The notes beneath the pieces are model-generated. The model was not told the origin of the DNA and searched no databases. It saw nothing but the letters and a program-made list of their open reading frames with translations. Made by a program: the position numbers and the translations under genes. Positions 48,221 to 58,359 of a stretch of DNA of 64,000 nt are shown here, piece after piece; the stretch's first letter is position 1, and the number at the start of each line of letters is the position of its first letter. Source of the stretch: an uncultured Gammaproteobacteria bacterium (GTDB lineage Bacteria; Pseudomonadota; Gammaproteobacteria; JAURND01); the NCBI GenBank assembly GCA_963813895.1, contig CAWFAS010000002.1:209410-273409 (forward strand). The letters are read 5' to 3'.

Positions 48221-49525
48221 TCAGTTTCTCCGCCAATTAAATCTTCTCTCAACTACTCGGTCAACCACCACAGCCGTCGTTATAACACCATTTACATTAG
48301 TCGCCGTTCTACCCATATCAATAATTGGATCAATGCCTTGCACCAAAGCCACCACAGCATAAGGAAGATTAAGTGTGGTCAGGGTTACGGTAGCTGCGAT
48401 ATAGGCAGTTCCGGGAATACCTGAAATACCCAAAGAAGCGAGCGCATTGATAAACATAACGCTTAAGATTAAATGCGGAGTCATCGGCTGATTTAATATG
48501 GTCATCGCCATAACCACCAGCATGGCTGGAAAAATTCCAGCACAGGCATTCATACCAATAGTTGCACCGACACTAGGTACAAACGTTGAAGTCGTCTGGC
48601 GTAATTTAAATTTATCCCGCAAGGTTTCTTCTGTAACTGGTAACGTTGCGAAGCTCGACCGAGTAATAAACGCTACTAATAATGGACTATATGCCTTTTT
48701 AAGGTATTGCCAGGGATTCTGACCAAAAGCCGTAACAATAAGCAGGTGCATTACAATAACTAAGAACATAGCGACATACATGGCAGCGATAAAATTGAGC
48801 ATCCCAGCCAATAATCCAGCGCCCTGCTCCAAAACTAACAGCGAAATTAAAGCAAAAATGCCGTAAGGTGTCAGTTGCAATACTATAATCGCCAGCTTCT
48901 TAACTACAGCAAATAATGAAGCAATAAGTTGGCGAAAGGTGGTCATTTTATCATGGTCAGCTGCATCTAACATGCGCGCAGCCACCCCCAAAAGTATGGC
49001 GAACAATACCGTAGCCACTGTGTTTTCCTGCACCATGGCGGCAACCGGGTTACTAGGTAACATACCCAACAAGGTATCTATTAATCCGGTATATTCATGC
49101 TTGGGGACAGCAGTCAAACCAGCGAGGGTCATCCCGTGACCTACATTAAATAATTTTCCGGTGAATATACCAACCAACGATGCGATTGCCGTCATAACTA
49201 ATAACATACCACAACTTAAAAAACTGATTTTCTTAACAGCGCCAGTATTATCAGTTCCCAGATTCAAAATGGCATGAATGATGGAAGTGAGTATTAGTGG
49301 GATAACCAGCATCCTAAGCAGAGCCAGGTAGCCATTGCCAATTAAATTTAGCACACCTTGAATTTCGCTCAACCAACTTCCTGAGGCAGCTTTCAGCAGC
49401 AAACCAAAGCCCACACCCAGTACTAGACTGATTAAAATCCGTTTACCAAAGGAAAGTTTTTTGCGCTTTAGCCAAAATAATAAACCTAAGCAGAACAGTA
49501 AAATTACAATATTGAGTAGGGACAC
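48221..49525 (-). CDS. Dicarboxylate/amino acid:cation symporter (TcyP-like, possibly cystine)
   Basis: LLRMLVIPL, TRSSFATLP, GATIGMNACAG, DMGRTATNV. Confidence 0.88.
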   Translation of the reverse strand: MSLLNIVILLFCLGLLFWLKRKKLSFGKRILISLVLGVGFGLLLKAASGSWLSEIQGVLNLIGNGYLALLRMLVIPLILTSIIHAILNLGTDNTGAVKKISFLSCGMLLVMTAIASLVGIFTGKLFNVGHGMTLAGLTAVPKHEYTGLIDTLLGMLPSNPVAAMVQENTVATVLFAILLGVAARMLDAADHDKMTTFRQLIASLFAVVKKLAIIVLQLTPYGIFALISLLVLEQGAGLLAGMLNFIAAMYVAMFLVIVMHLLIVTAFGQNPWQYLKKAYSPLLVAFITRSSFATLPVTEETLRDKFKLRQTTSTFVPSVGATIGMNACAGIFPAMLVVMAMTILNQPMTPHLILSVMFINALASLGISGIPGTAYIAATVTLTTLNLPYAVVALVQGIDPIIDMGRTATNVNGVITTAVVVDRVVERRFNWRRN

Positions 49526-49678
49526 TTATGGACCGCCTATAGTAGTAGCTGAGTTATTAACGGCTAAAACTTTAACCGCTGCCAACCACTCCTTGTGATA
49601 TTCAAATAGATCGATTTGAATTTATAATCTAACCCGAGAGTGTACAACAAAGGCTACCAAGCAACAACAACCACCTGG

Positions 49679-51187
49679 TTATTGCTTTTTAAATAAATTA
49701 AACTCTCGTAGCTGGATATTCATTAAATGATAGCCTGAGGGTTGGTTGACTAATTCCCTCGGTTGCAGGTAATAGTCCTCATTCAATTCATCGGGGGAAA
49801 AAATCTGATTGTACCGGTATAGATAAGCCTTCAGAGCCCAACTATGCTGCAATCCTCCAGCAAGCGAAATTTTTGCTCCTTTAGGGACAATTTTTTTTAT
49901 CGATATTACATCCGTTAATAAGCTTTTATCGCGACCAACATCACCAATCGAACCTGCCACAATACTTAGGGTTGTGATCAATACGCCGCCTAAAATTATA
50001 ATAGATAATCTATAATCAAGGCGTTTTATATTTATGTGTGGAATCCAAGCTGCAAATAGGGGCGTGAGAATATGAGCAAACATCAGCACCAAAAAGGGGT
50101 AAGCCTGATAGTAATAATGGTCAGATTGACGCGAACTTAGTATTACCGGTAATGAACCGCACAAGGCGATTAAAAAGAAGAATATTACCCATTTATTTTT
50201 AAAGGCATTCGTCACTGATTTTAACAGTAGTTGGCGATTTTTCTTTGCCTGGATAAGAAGCAATATAAGCGTAATTCCTAATATATAAATAACTTCATGA
50301 ACCAGCGACCAAAAGCCGTATAAATGCTTCCAGCCAACAAACTTTCCCATTCGAGATCCAATTAGGCTTGGCCAGAGTTGCTGCTGAAAGTATTTGTGCA
50401 TATTCTGATAGGCTGGCGGGTATAGCAAAACCATAGAAACTAAGGCACTAGTAATAATTATAATCAAAATAGTTTGCTTGCAGGCTGTTAAAAAAGAATG
50501 GGTACGAAAGACCAGCCAATAGATTCCGGGGATAGCAATAGGGAAAAATGCTTCCAGGCCATTTACAAAAAAAGCAATAGTGATTAATAATCCAGCAGCA
50601 AAAAACCAGCGTGCATTATTAGTAAAAGCTCCTTGTAAAATAAGCAAGCTAGCGAAGCTGGTAAAAACGGTTAACGTAGGCTCTAGATATCCACTTTGAA
50701 TATTTATGAAGTTATTAAATAATAATAACCATACGAGAATGGGTATCCAAAAAAGGCAGGCTTTAGCTAATGGAAGCGTCTTTCGCCAGATTATAACTAC
50801 AGCCAATATATTTAATAGGGCCACCATTAAACTGTAAAGTTTATCTATATATACGCTATCGCTACCTAGCAAGCGAAACAAGAGTGACTGTAAAAACAGT
50901 CCAAAAGAGGGGTGTTCAAAAAAAGGAGTATTATAAAACTGGGGGAGCCAAGTAGATCCTATATGATTGGCCATATTCCTGGCTATTGAAAAATAAATAG
51001 TGCCATCAAAAAACATACCCTGCATAACTAATGGTCTAGCTTCAGCGATAAATAAAATAACTGTTAATAAAATAAATGGCAGATTTTTTTTCAATCCGCT
51101 GGGACAGTAGCTATTTTTTTCTAACAGTTCGGACAAAGAAATCTCCGGTTTTATAGTATTAACAGGGGAATACTTCCCTTTAATCAC
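49679..51187 (-). CDS. ArnT/PMT-like GT-C membrane glycosyltransferase
   Basis: GMFFDG.IY..IARN, FFEHP, multiple TM helices. Confidence 0.75.
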   Translation of the reverse strand: MIKGKYSPVNTIKPEISLSELLEKNSYCPSGLKKNLPFILLTVILFIAEARPLVMQGMFFDGTIYFSIARNMANHIGSTWLPQFYNTPFFEHPSFGLFLQSLLFRLLGSDSVYIDKLYSLMVALLNILAVVIIWRKTLPLAKACLFWIPILVWLLLFNNFINIQSGYLEPTLTVFTSFASLLILQGAFTNNARWFFAAGLLITIAFFVNGLEAFFPIAIPGIYWLVFRTHSFLTACKQTILIIIITSALVSMVLLYPPAYQNMHKYFQQQLWPSLIGSRMGKFVGWKHLYGFWSLVHEVIYILGITLILLLIQAKKNRQLLLKSVTNAFKNKWVIFFFLIALCGSLPVILSSRQSDHYYYQAYPFLVLMFAHILTPLFAAWIPHINIKRLDYRLSIIILGGVLITTLSIVAGSIGDVGRDKSLLTDVISIKKIVPKGAKISLAGGLQHSWALKAYLYRYNQIFSPDELNEDYYLQPRELVNQPSGYHLMNIQLREFNLFKKQ

Positions 51188-51292
51188 ACAGCCTACATAG
51201 ACGCAAACCAGCGCATTATGCTACACTAACTTTTTTGGGCTGGGAATACTTCTACTTGGCTCGTTTTGTTACCTTGCCAGGAGACATTCTTA

Positions 51293-52624
51293 GTGACATT
51301 TGCTGTTTTTAATTTCCATCCTCATATTTTATCACGCATAACCGCCTTGGGTTATAAAACCCCTACCCCAATTCAGAAACAAAGCATTCCACCCATTCTT
51401 GAAGGTCAAGACTTAGTGGGTTTAGCTCAAACCGGTACTGGTAAAACAGCCGCCTTCGTGCTGCCAATGCTCCAACGTTTAATGCAAGGGCCGCGTGGCC
51501 GCATCCGCGCCTTAATTATCACCCCTACTCGAGAACTTGCTCAGCAAGTACAGGATACTATCAGTGATTTAAGCCAAAATTCCGGGTTACGCAGCGCTGC
51601 TCTTTACGGGGGCGTCAACATCAATCCTCAAAAGCAAAAACTGCGCCGCGGGATTGAAATTGCAGTTGCCTGCCCAGGACGGTTATTAGATCACGTAAGT
51701 CAGCGCACTATTGATTTATCTAAGGTAGAAGTGCTGGTTTTGGATGAAGCAGATCATATGTTCGACATGGGTTTTTTGCCGCATACCCGCAAGATTTTGG
51801 CGTTATTACCCGCTAAACGGCAGTCCTTATTATTTTCAGCCACTATGCCAAGTGATGTGCGTAAATTAGCTGATGATATATTGCGTCAACCGGTCACTGT
51901 GCAAATTTCAAATACCGTCCCTGTCAAATCTGTAACGCAGATTTTGTATCCCGTCAGCCAGCAACAAAAAACTGATTTATTGATGAAAATCCTCCTCGGT
52001 GCGACTGTCAAATCTACTTTGATTTTCACCCGCACTAAACAGCGTGCTGAACGTCTGTCGGAACAACTGCATGAAGCGGGTTATAGTGCTGCCTCATTAC
52101 AGGGCAACTTGTCACAATACAAACGCCAAAAGACACTCAACGACTTTCGCAAAGGCACTTTACAAATTTTAGTAGCTACTGACATTGCATCCCGTGGTAT
52201 AGATGTAGCAGGAATTTCCCATGTCATTAACTTTGATATGCCAGATACAGTTGAAGCCTACACTCACCGTATCGGTCGCACGGGCCGTGCAGCTGAAATA
52301 GGAGATGCTTTTACCTTGATAACAAGGGAAGATATGACACGTGTACGCGCCATAGAACGTGTGACCGGCGTAAAATTAGAACAATGCATTCTGCCCGATT
52401 TTGACTATAAAGCCAGCAAGCCAACCTCTGAACCCACCAAGCGTCGCCGCGGGCCAGCGAAAGCTAATAATAAGGCTGTTGCTAAACCTGGATATGCAAA
52501 AGCCAAACCCACACGCGGCAAGAGCGGTTATAGCAAAGCTGATGGCGCTAATAGTTTAGCAGCTGGCAGAAAAAAACCTGGATTTAAAGGACAAGTACAA
52601 CGCCGACGGCATAATGAACGATAA
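51293..52624 (+). CDS. DEAD-box RNA helicase (RhlE-like)
   Basis: PTPIQ, AQTGTGKT, PTRELA, DEAD, SAT, HRIGRTGRA, basic tail; start uncertain (51266 or GTG 51293). Confidence 0.92.
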   Translation: MTFAVFNFHPHILSRITALGYKTPTPIQKQSIPPILEGQDLVGLAQTGTGKTAAFVLPMLQRLMQGPRGRIRALIITPTRELAQQVQDTISDLSQNSGLRSAALYGGVNINPQKQKLRRGIEIAVACPGRLLDHVSQRTIDLSKVEVLVLDEADHMFDMGFLPHTRKILALLPAKRQSLLFSATMPSDVRKLADDILRQPVTVQISNTVPVKSVTQILYPVSQQQKTDLLMKILLGATVKSTLIFTRTKQRAERLSEQLHEAGYSAASLQGNLSQYKRQKTLNDFRKGTLQILVATDIASRGIDVAGISHVINFDMPDTVEAYTHRIGRTGRAAEIGDAFTLITREDMTRVRAIERVTGVKLEQCILPDFDYKASKPTSEPTKRRRGPAKANNKAVAKPGYAKAKPTRGKSGYSKADGANSLAAGRKKPGFKGQVQRRRHNER

Positions 52625-52650
52625 TTAGGGCTAGCGACACAAAATATTTG

Positions 52651-52804
52651 GTAACTATTCAGCACGTTAACCAAAGAGCGAATAGAGACAGCCCCCATCC
52701 TAACCTTCCCCCGCAAGCGGGGGAAGGGACTGTAAGGTGTGGACTTTTAGTTTTCTGCCCAACAAGTTCCTTCCCCCGCTTGCGGGGGAAGGTTAGGAAG
52801 GGGG
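52651..52804. repeat. One-ended IS66-like MITE with a CCCCCATCCTAACCTTCCCCCGCAAGCGGGGGAAGG REP doublet
   Basis: Left end GTAACTATTCAGCA as at 17641; inverted REP arms at 52692-52729 and 52767-52804; no matching right end seen. Confidence 0.75.
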
Positions 52805-52842
52805 TAGCATCTAGTGGCACTTTATCTGAGTCTTCTTAATTA

Positions 52843-53418
52843 TCAGTCCTGTTTTCTAGTTGTAACCAAATTAAAGTTCACTTGCACATCATCTTTCACG
52901 TTATCTGTTTTAGCCCAATCCCCTTTACCTAAACCAAATGCAGTGCGTTTTATGGTCGCACTACCTTTAGCCGTTGCAGATGTGGGTGAATAATTTTGCA
53001 AGGTAAATGTCACATTTAACGGCTGCGTTTTATCAAGGAAACTCAAATTGCCGTTTGCCTGATACGTGTTATCTCCTGTCTTAACAAAATTGTTAGCTGT
53101 AAATAGCGCTTGTGGAAAACGCTTGCTATCAAACCAATCAGGTGTTTTAAGGGTATCCCCTACTTCCTGGTATGAGGTAGTAACTGAACCAGTATCTACC
53201 ACAATACGAATGTAACTGTTTTTTAGTTGTGCCGGATCAAAATTGATATCTCCACTAAAACTATTAAATTTACCCGTCACTGGTGAGTTATTTTGTACTG
53301 CCGTAAATGTTAATGTACTGTCTTTAGGTACAATTTGCCAACTAGGAACTGCTCCCATAGCCAACCATGGCAAAATTACGCATATCAACAATAAAGCCCG
53401 AACCATAGATTTGACCAT
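52843..53418 (-). CDS. YceI-family periplasmic lipid/polyisoprenoid-binding protein
   Basis: Signal peptide, G.F..FSGDI.FDP, WFD..RFPQA.F, IKRTAFGLG. Confidence 0.88.
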   Translation of the reverse strand: MVKSMVRALLLICVILPWLAMGAVPSWQIVPKDSTLTFTAVQNNSPVTGKFNSFSGDINFDPAQLKNSYIRIVVDTGSVTTSYQEVGDTLKTPDWFDSKRFPQALFTANNFVKTGDNTYQANGNLSFLDKTQPLNVTFTLQNYSPTSATAKGSATIKRTAFGLGKGDWAKTDNVKDDVQVNFNLVTTRKQD

Positions 53419-53954
53419 TATAAAATCCTCTTCAAAATATCATCTTTATTAATAAAATGGTGTTTGAGCGCAGCTGCAATATGCAGACAGATAACCGCGA
53501 TTAATGCATATGACAGCCATTCATGCACTTGGGTAAATACTCTACGTAGATTTTCGTCTGGCCCTACCATGTCTGGAAAGACAAATAAGCCAAAAAATGA
53601 AACGGGCAGCCCTGATGCGGAGGTTATCAACCAACCGGAAAGTGGCAATGCTATCATGAACCCATAAAATGCCCAGTGAGCCATGCGCGCCGCTACTTTC
53701 TGCCAACCGGGTATGGATTCTGGGAGTGATGGAATAATATTCCCCAAACGCCATCCGAGGCGTAACAGCACCAGCATCAATACCAGCATACCCAATTCCT
53801 TATGCCAACCATAAAGTTTCAGCTTCCAGACGCTAATGGGTATGCGAACCATATAAAGTCCCAAGGCCAATAGAGCTATAATCAGGACTGCTATAATCCA
53901 ATGCAGCCAAATAGCAATAACACCATAGTGGTTTTTGGAATTACGAATGCGCAT
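53418..53954 (-). CDS. Cytochrome b561 (YceJ-like)
   Basis: LHWIIA, WHKELG, AHWAFY, HE.L, LHIAAALKHH. Confidence 0.9.
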   Translation of the reverse strand: MRIRNSKNHYGVIAIWLHWIIAVLIIALLALGLYMVRIPISVWKLKLYGWHKELGMLVLMLVLLRLGWRLGNIIPSLPESIPGWQKVAARMAHWAFYGFMIALPLSGWLITSASGLPVSFFGLFVFPDMVGPDENLRRVFTQVHEWLSYALIAVICLHIAAALKHHFINKDDILKRIL

Positions 53955-53997
53955 GCAATGTTATCCCTTGGAGGAATTATTTTGACCTCACAAGTTA

Positions 53998-54648
53998 CTA
54001 AGACATTTTAGTCCTAGGCCGGTTAATTTTTTCAAAGCTAGGAGAAGCAGCCACTCCGCCCTCTGGAGCACCAGCCTTAGTAGCCTCCGCTTCAATTTCC
54101 AGCTGCACGTCATCGCTTAAACCTGGTAGATATTTAGAAATACCGAAGTCAGAACGCTTCAATATAGTGCTACCTGTGAAACCTAAAGTTTGTTTCTGAG
54201 TTATGGGGCTTACGCCATTTTTATTTAGCTTAACATCTAACGTTACCGGCTTAGATACTCCGTGTAGCGTAAGTATGCCAGTTACTTTAGCAGTATCTGT
54301 ACCGGTCACATCCACTTTATTGCTGACGAAGGTAGCGGTTGGGAACTGAGCCACATCAAAAAAATCGGCGCTTTTTAAATGCTCGTCCAATTTCGGAATA
54401 CCAGTCACTATTTCAGAAGTGTGGATTACTACATCTAACTTATCGTTTTGTGGTTGCGCCTGGTCCCAAACTAATGTCCCCTCAGCCATCCATTTACCTG
54501 AAGGATGAGAAAACCCAAAGTGATTAATATGCCACAAGACATAGCTATGCCCTGGATCCAATGTATATTTATCAGCTGCATGAGCCACTGTTAACAGTGA
54601 CCAAGAGAACACAAATGCGAATAAAAATTTAGAAATAACGGACTTCAT
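53998..54648 (-). CDS. yceI: YceI-family protein
   Basis: YTLDPGHS, HFGFS, DEHLKSADFFD..FPTATF, RSDFGI; GGAGG RBS before ATG 54648. Confidence 0.9.
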   Translation of the reverse strand: MKSVISKFLFAFVFSWSLLTVAHAADKYTLDPGHSYVLWHINHFGFSHPSGKWMAEGTLVWDQAQPQNDKLDVVIHTSEIVTGIPKLDEHLKSADFFDVAQFPTATFVSNKVDVTGTDTAKVTGILTLHGVSKPVTLDVKLNKNGVSPITQKQTLGFTGSTILKRSDFGISKYLPGLSDDVQLEIEAEATKAGAPEGGVAASPSFEKINRPRTKMS

Positions 54649-54703
54649 GAATTTACCTCCTGGTATTAAACAATTTGAAAACAAAGCAAGACATTGTAGT
54701 CCT

Positions 54704-54994
54704 TTATACTGAGGTTGCCACAATTGATTTATATTCAGGATGGCGGGCGATGATTCGTTCAACGAAAGGGCAGGAAGGAATAATTTTATAATTATTTTCT
54801 TTGGCATAATTCAAAGCAAATTTCACCAGATTTGCGGCAATATTTGAGCCACGTAGTTCTGGTGGCACAAAAGTGCGGTAATAATTAAGAATGGCTTTAG
54901 CGAAATCAGCAGAATAATTTAATTCTGCAATTTGCCCGTTAATATCCGCGTAAAATTTTTTTTCTTTTTTATCATGGTGTATTATCAATTCCAT
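54704..54994 (-). CDS. Small GNAT-family acetyltransferase (YjdJ-like)
   Basis: TFVPPELRG..IA..LV, IIPSCPFV; GGAG RBS before ATG 54994. Confidence 0.85.
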   Translation of the reverse strand: MELIIHHDKKEKKFYADINGQIAELNYSADFAKAILNYYRTFVPPELRGSNIAANLVKFALNYAKENNYKIIPSCPFVERIIARHPEYKSIVATSV

Positions 54995-55039
54995 TTTTAA
55001 AACTCCATTAATGTTGGGAAATCTATGATCCTTTCCTTT

Positions 55040-55120
55040 GGCGGTCATCCTGAACGCAGTGAAGGACCTCCATCAGGTGGCACTTCAAGGCGATCCTTCA
55101 CTGCGTTCAGGATGACAGCC
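55040..55120. repeat. GTCATCCTGAAC-type REP doublet downstream of metF
   Basis: GTCATCCTGAACGCAGTGAAGGA...TCCTTCACTGCGTTCAGGATGAC. Confidence 0.85.
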
Positions 55121-55141
55121 ACCCGACAGCCAAAGGAGAGT

Positions 55142-55987
55142 TTATCCAAGAGACAAATTATTATGAATTAATCTAACGGGATCCACCTGGTTTAATGTAT
55201 AAAAATGTAAGCCTTGGGCTCCCTCAGATAACAACCTCTCACACAATTTGGTTACAATTTCCACCCCCAATGCTTGAATAGAGCTATCACTACTAGCATA
55301 TACTTCCAAACGTTTACGCAGCCACAAAGGAATTTCCGCGCCACAACTCGCTGAAATCCGCATCAATCTAGCATAGTCACTGATAGGCATAATTCCGGGT
55401 ATGACAGGAATGTTGATCTCTAATTTATGACAACTTTCCAAAAAGCGGGCGTAGGCATCACTATTAAAAAAAAATTGCGTAATAGCGCTGTCAGCTCCCG
55501 CTTCAACTTTGAGTTTAAAATTTAATAAGTCCTCAGTGCTACTGCTCGCTTCAGGGTGAAATTCAGGATAAGCCGCGACAGTAATATGAAAATGATTTCC
55601 TGATAATTTACGAATGTGATGAATTAGATCGCTGGCATAATTAAAATCTGAAACTACTTTACCCTTATCCGTAACCAGATCGCCTCGTATAACCACCAAC
55701 TGCTTGATGCCAAAATTAATATATCTTTCTAAGATCTGCTCTAGACGTTCTGCTGTCATATTGACACAAGAAAGGTGTGGAACGGCCACAATATTATTTT
55801 TAACCAAGTTGCGCACCGCAACTAAAGTTTTCAACTGCGATGCGCCAATAGCCCCAAAGGTCACTGAAAAAAACCGCGGGTCGAGGTTAGTCAACTGCGA
55901 ACAAGTATCGCTGAGCTTACGGAAGCCATTAAGCGTTTTCGGTGGGAACACCTCAAAGCTTACTGGAATCTTTTGCTTATTACCCAT
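55142..55987 (-). CDS. metF: 5,10-methylenetetrahydrofolate reductase
   Basis: SFEVFPPK, SVTFGA, RGD, AAYPEFHP, ITQFFF, LHFYTLN. Confidence 0.93.
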   Translation of the reverse strand: MGNKQKIPVSFEVFPPKTLNGFRKLSDTCSQLTNLDPRFFSVTFGAIGASQLKTLVAVRNLVKNNIVAVPHLSCVNMTAERLEQILERYINFGIKQLVVIRGDLVTDKGKVVSDFNYASDLIHHIRKLSGNHFHITVAAYPEFHPEASSSTEDLLNFKLKVEAGADSAITQFFFNSDAYARFLESCHKLEINIPVIPGIMPISDYARLMRISASCGAEIPLWLRKRLEVYASSDSSIQALGVEIVTKLCERLLSEGAQGLHFYTLNQVDPVRLIHNNLSLG

Positions 55988-55989
55988 AG

Positions 55990-58329
55990 CTATACTTCTC
56001 GCGAGGGCAATTCTTCCAGCGAACCATTGGTCTCCTTATATTTCGCTCTGAATAATTTCGCTGCATTAACCATATTAGTTAACGCTTGCTCCACTTCTGG
56101 CCAATTGCGGGTTTTCAAGCCACAATCCGGATTCACCCATAGGCGCGCCAAGGGTACATAGCGGATTGCATTTTCCAGCTGAGTGACAATTTCCTCTTTT
56201 GAAGGGATGCGGGGTGAATGAATATCATAAACACCCGGTCCAATCTCATTAGGATAGGAAAAGGATTCAAAAGCCTTTAACAATTCCATTTCCGAACGTG
56301 AACTTTCAATGGTGATCACATCTGCATCTAGGTTCGCAATAGAATCAATTACATCATTAAATTCTGAATAGCACATGTGTGTGTGGATCTGTGTTCCATC
56401 TTCTACGCCACTTGCGGCAACTCGGAAGCAGTGGACAGCCCAATCCAAGTAATGCTGCCAATGATTTTTGCGCAACGGTAATGCTTCACGAAAAGCGGGT
56501 TCGTCGATCTGAATCACATTAATACCGGCCTTTTCAAGGTCGGTTACCTCATCTCGCAATGCCAAAGCTATTTGTAATGCGGTCGCGGAATAAGGTTGAT
56601 CGTCACGCACAAAAGACCAGGCCAAGATAGTAACCGGACCGGTTAACATCCCTTTTACCGGACGTTTGGTTAGGCTCTGCGCATACTTAATCCAATCTAC
56701 GGTCATAGGTTGCGGACGAAAGACATCGCCATAGATAATCGGAGGTTTAACACAACGCGAACCGTAGCTTTGTACCCAACCGTTACTAGTAAAAGCAAAT
56801 CCCTGCAACAATTCACCAAAATACTCCACCATATCATTGCGCTCAGCCTCTCCATGCACCAATACATCCAGATCGAGTTGCTCCTGCTTTTTGATCACTT
56901 CGGCTATCTGTTCATGGATTTTTTGCGTGTAAGTAAAAGCATCGATTTTACCTGCTTTAAACTCTTGTCTAATAATACGAATTTCTTTGGTCTGCGGGAA
57001 TGAACCAATAGTGGTAGTCGGCAGCAGGGGCAATTTTAATGCTTTGTGTTGGACCTGTGCGCGTTTAGCATAGACGTTTTTACGCTCAGCGTATTGTTTG
57101 GTTAACCCGGATATGCGTTGTTGCACTTGAGCATTATGAATACGCGCAGAATGCTGGCGTGATTGCAATGCCTGCTGATTAACTGCTAAAGCTTGAGAAA
57201 AACTCTCCGCGCCTTTATTCAAAATTTTGGCTAATAGCGCCACTTCATCGACTTTCTGTTTGGCAAATGCTAGCCAGCTTTTGAGCTCAGCATCCAGCTT
57301 GTCTTCATTATCCAAATCAACAGGAACATGCATCAATGAGCTGCCGGAAGCCACCCATAACCTGGGACCGAGAATTTTTTTAGTTTCCTGGAGGGTATGT
57401 GATAGTTTGGTTAAATCCGCTTTCCATATATTTCTGCCGCTGATAACACCCGCTGAGAGAATTTTGTCTTGTGGAATTTGTGCAGCTAATTGGGTCAATT
57501 GTTCGGGATTTGCCGAGAAATCTAGATGAATACCTTGAACGGGTAACTGTTTTACAATAGCGAAGTTATCTTCCACGGCACCAAAATAAGAGGCAACAAG
57601 TGCCTTTGTCTGTTTAAAATCTAGGTGTTGATATGCTTCAAGAAATGCAGCTTGCCAATCTTTCGGTAGGTCCAAAATCAAGATAGGTTCATCAATTTGT
57701 ACCCAGGATATTTTTTTCGCATTGAGCTGGCCAATAATTTCCTGATATACGGGTAATAGTTTTTTTAACAACGCTAATTTATTGAAATCTTTACCCTTAG
57801 TTTTACCAAGCCACAAATAGGACAGCGGTCCAAGTATGACTGGTTTCACGCGATGGCCAGCAGCACTGGCCCGATCGATCGCATTAAATAAGTAGTCTGT
57901 AGCAAGATGGAATGTCTGCTGTTCGGTAAATTCAGGCACAATATAATGGTAATTAGTATTGAACCACTTTGTCATTTCACAGGCTGTGGTTTCTTTAACT
58001 TTAGGTGCCTGGCCACGTGCCATACAAAAAATGGTGTTTAAATCAACTTTACCACCCTTATATTCAAAACGCTCTGGAACAACTCCCAGCATAGCGCTGG
58101 TGTCCAATACATGGTCATACCAGGTAAAGTCACCCACAGTAACATAATCCAGTCCTGCATCAGCCTGAATTTTCCAGTTTTGCTCTTGGATCTGCTTACC
58201 TACTGCTTCTAGTTCTGCTTGAGAAATTTCTTCACGCCAATAAGATTCAACGGCTTTTTTAGCCTGGCGGTGACTGCCGATTCTTGGGAATCCAAGAATA
58301 TGCGATGGATGATGATTTGCTTCAGTCAT
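55990..58329 (-). CDS. metE: Cobalamin-independent methionine synthase
   Basis: LGFPRIG, TKWFNTNYHY, PTTTIGSFPQT, HTHMCYSEF, VNPDCGLKTR; start 58329 or 58344. Confidence 0.96.
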   Translation of the reverse strand: MTEANHHPSHILGFPRIGSHRQAKKAVESYWREEISQAELEAVGKQIQEQNWKIQADAGLDYVTVGDFTWYDHVLDTSAMLGVVPERFEYKGGKVDLNTIFCMARGQAPKVKETTACEMTKWFNTNYHYIVPEFTEQQTFHLATDYLFNAIDRASAAGHRVKPVILGPLSYLWLGKTKGKDFNKLALLKKLLPVYQEIIGQLNAKKISWVQIDEPILILDLPKDWQAAFLEAYQHLDFKQTKALVASYFGAVEDNFAIVKQLPVQGIHLDFSANPEQLTQLAAQIPQDKILSAGVISGRNIWKADLTKLSHTLQETKKILGPRLWVASGSSLMHVPVDLDNEDKLDAELKSWLAFAKQKVDEVALLAKILNKGAESFSQALAVNQQALQSRQHSARIHNAQVQQRISGLTKQYAERKNVYAKRAQVQHKALKLPLLPTTTIGSFPQTKEIRIIRQEFKAGKIDAFTYTQKIHEQIAEVIKKQEQLDLDVLVHGEAERNDMVEYFGELLQGFAFTSNGWVQSYGSRCVKPPIIYGDVFRPQPMTVDWIKYAQSLTKRPVKGMLTGPVTILAWSFVRDDQPYSATALQIALALRDEVTDLEKAGINVIQIDEPAFREALPLRKNHWQHYLDWAVHCFRVAASGVEDGTQIHTHMCYSEFNDVIDSIANLDADVITIESSRSEMELLKAFESFSYPNEIGPGVYDIHSPRIPSKEEIVTQLENAIRYVPLARLWVNPDCGLKTRNWPEVEQALTNMVNAAKLFRAKYKETNGSLEELPSREV

Positions 58330-58359
58330 GCTGTTGTTCCTCATGTGTTATTAAATAAG

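Noticed and set aside
48084-48362. 92-aa ORF
   Set aside because: Overlaps the structured GGA element and runs antisense to the symporter; no RBS
52528-52839. Two small ORFs
   Set aside because: Derived from the REP doublet
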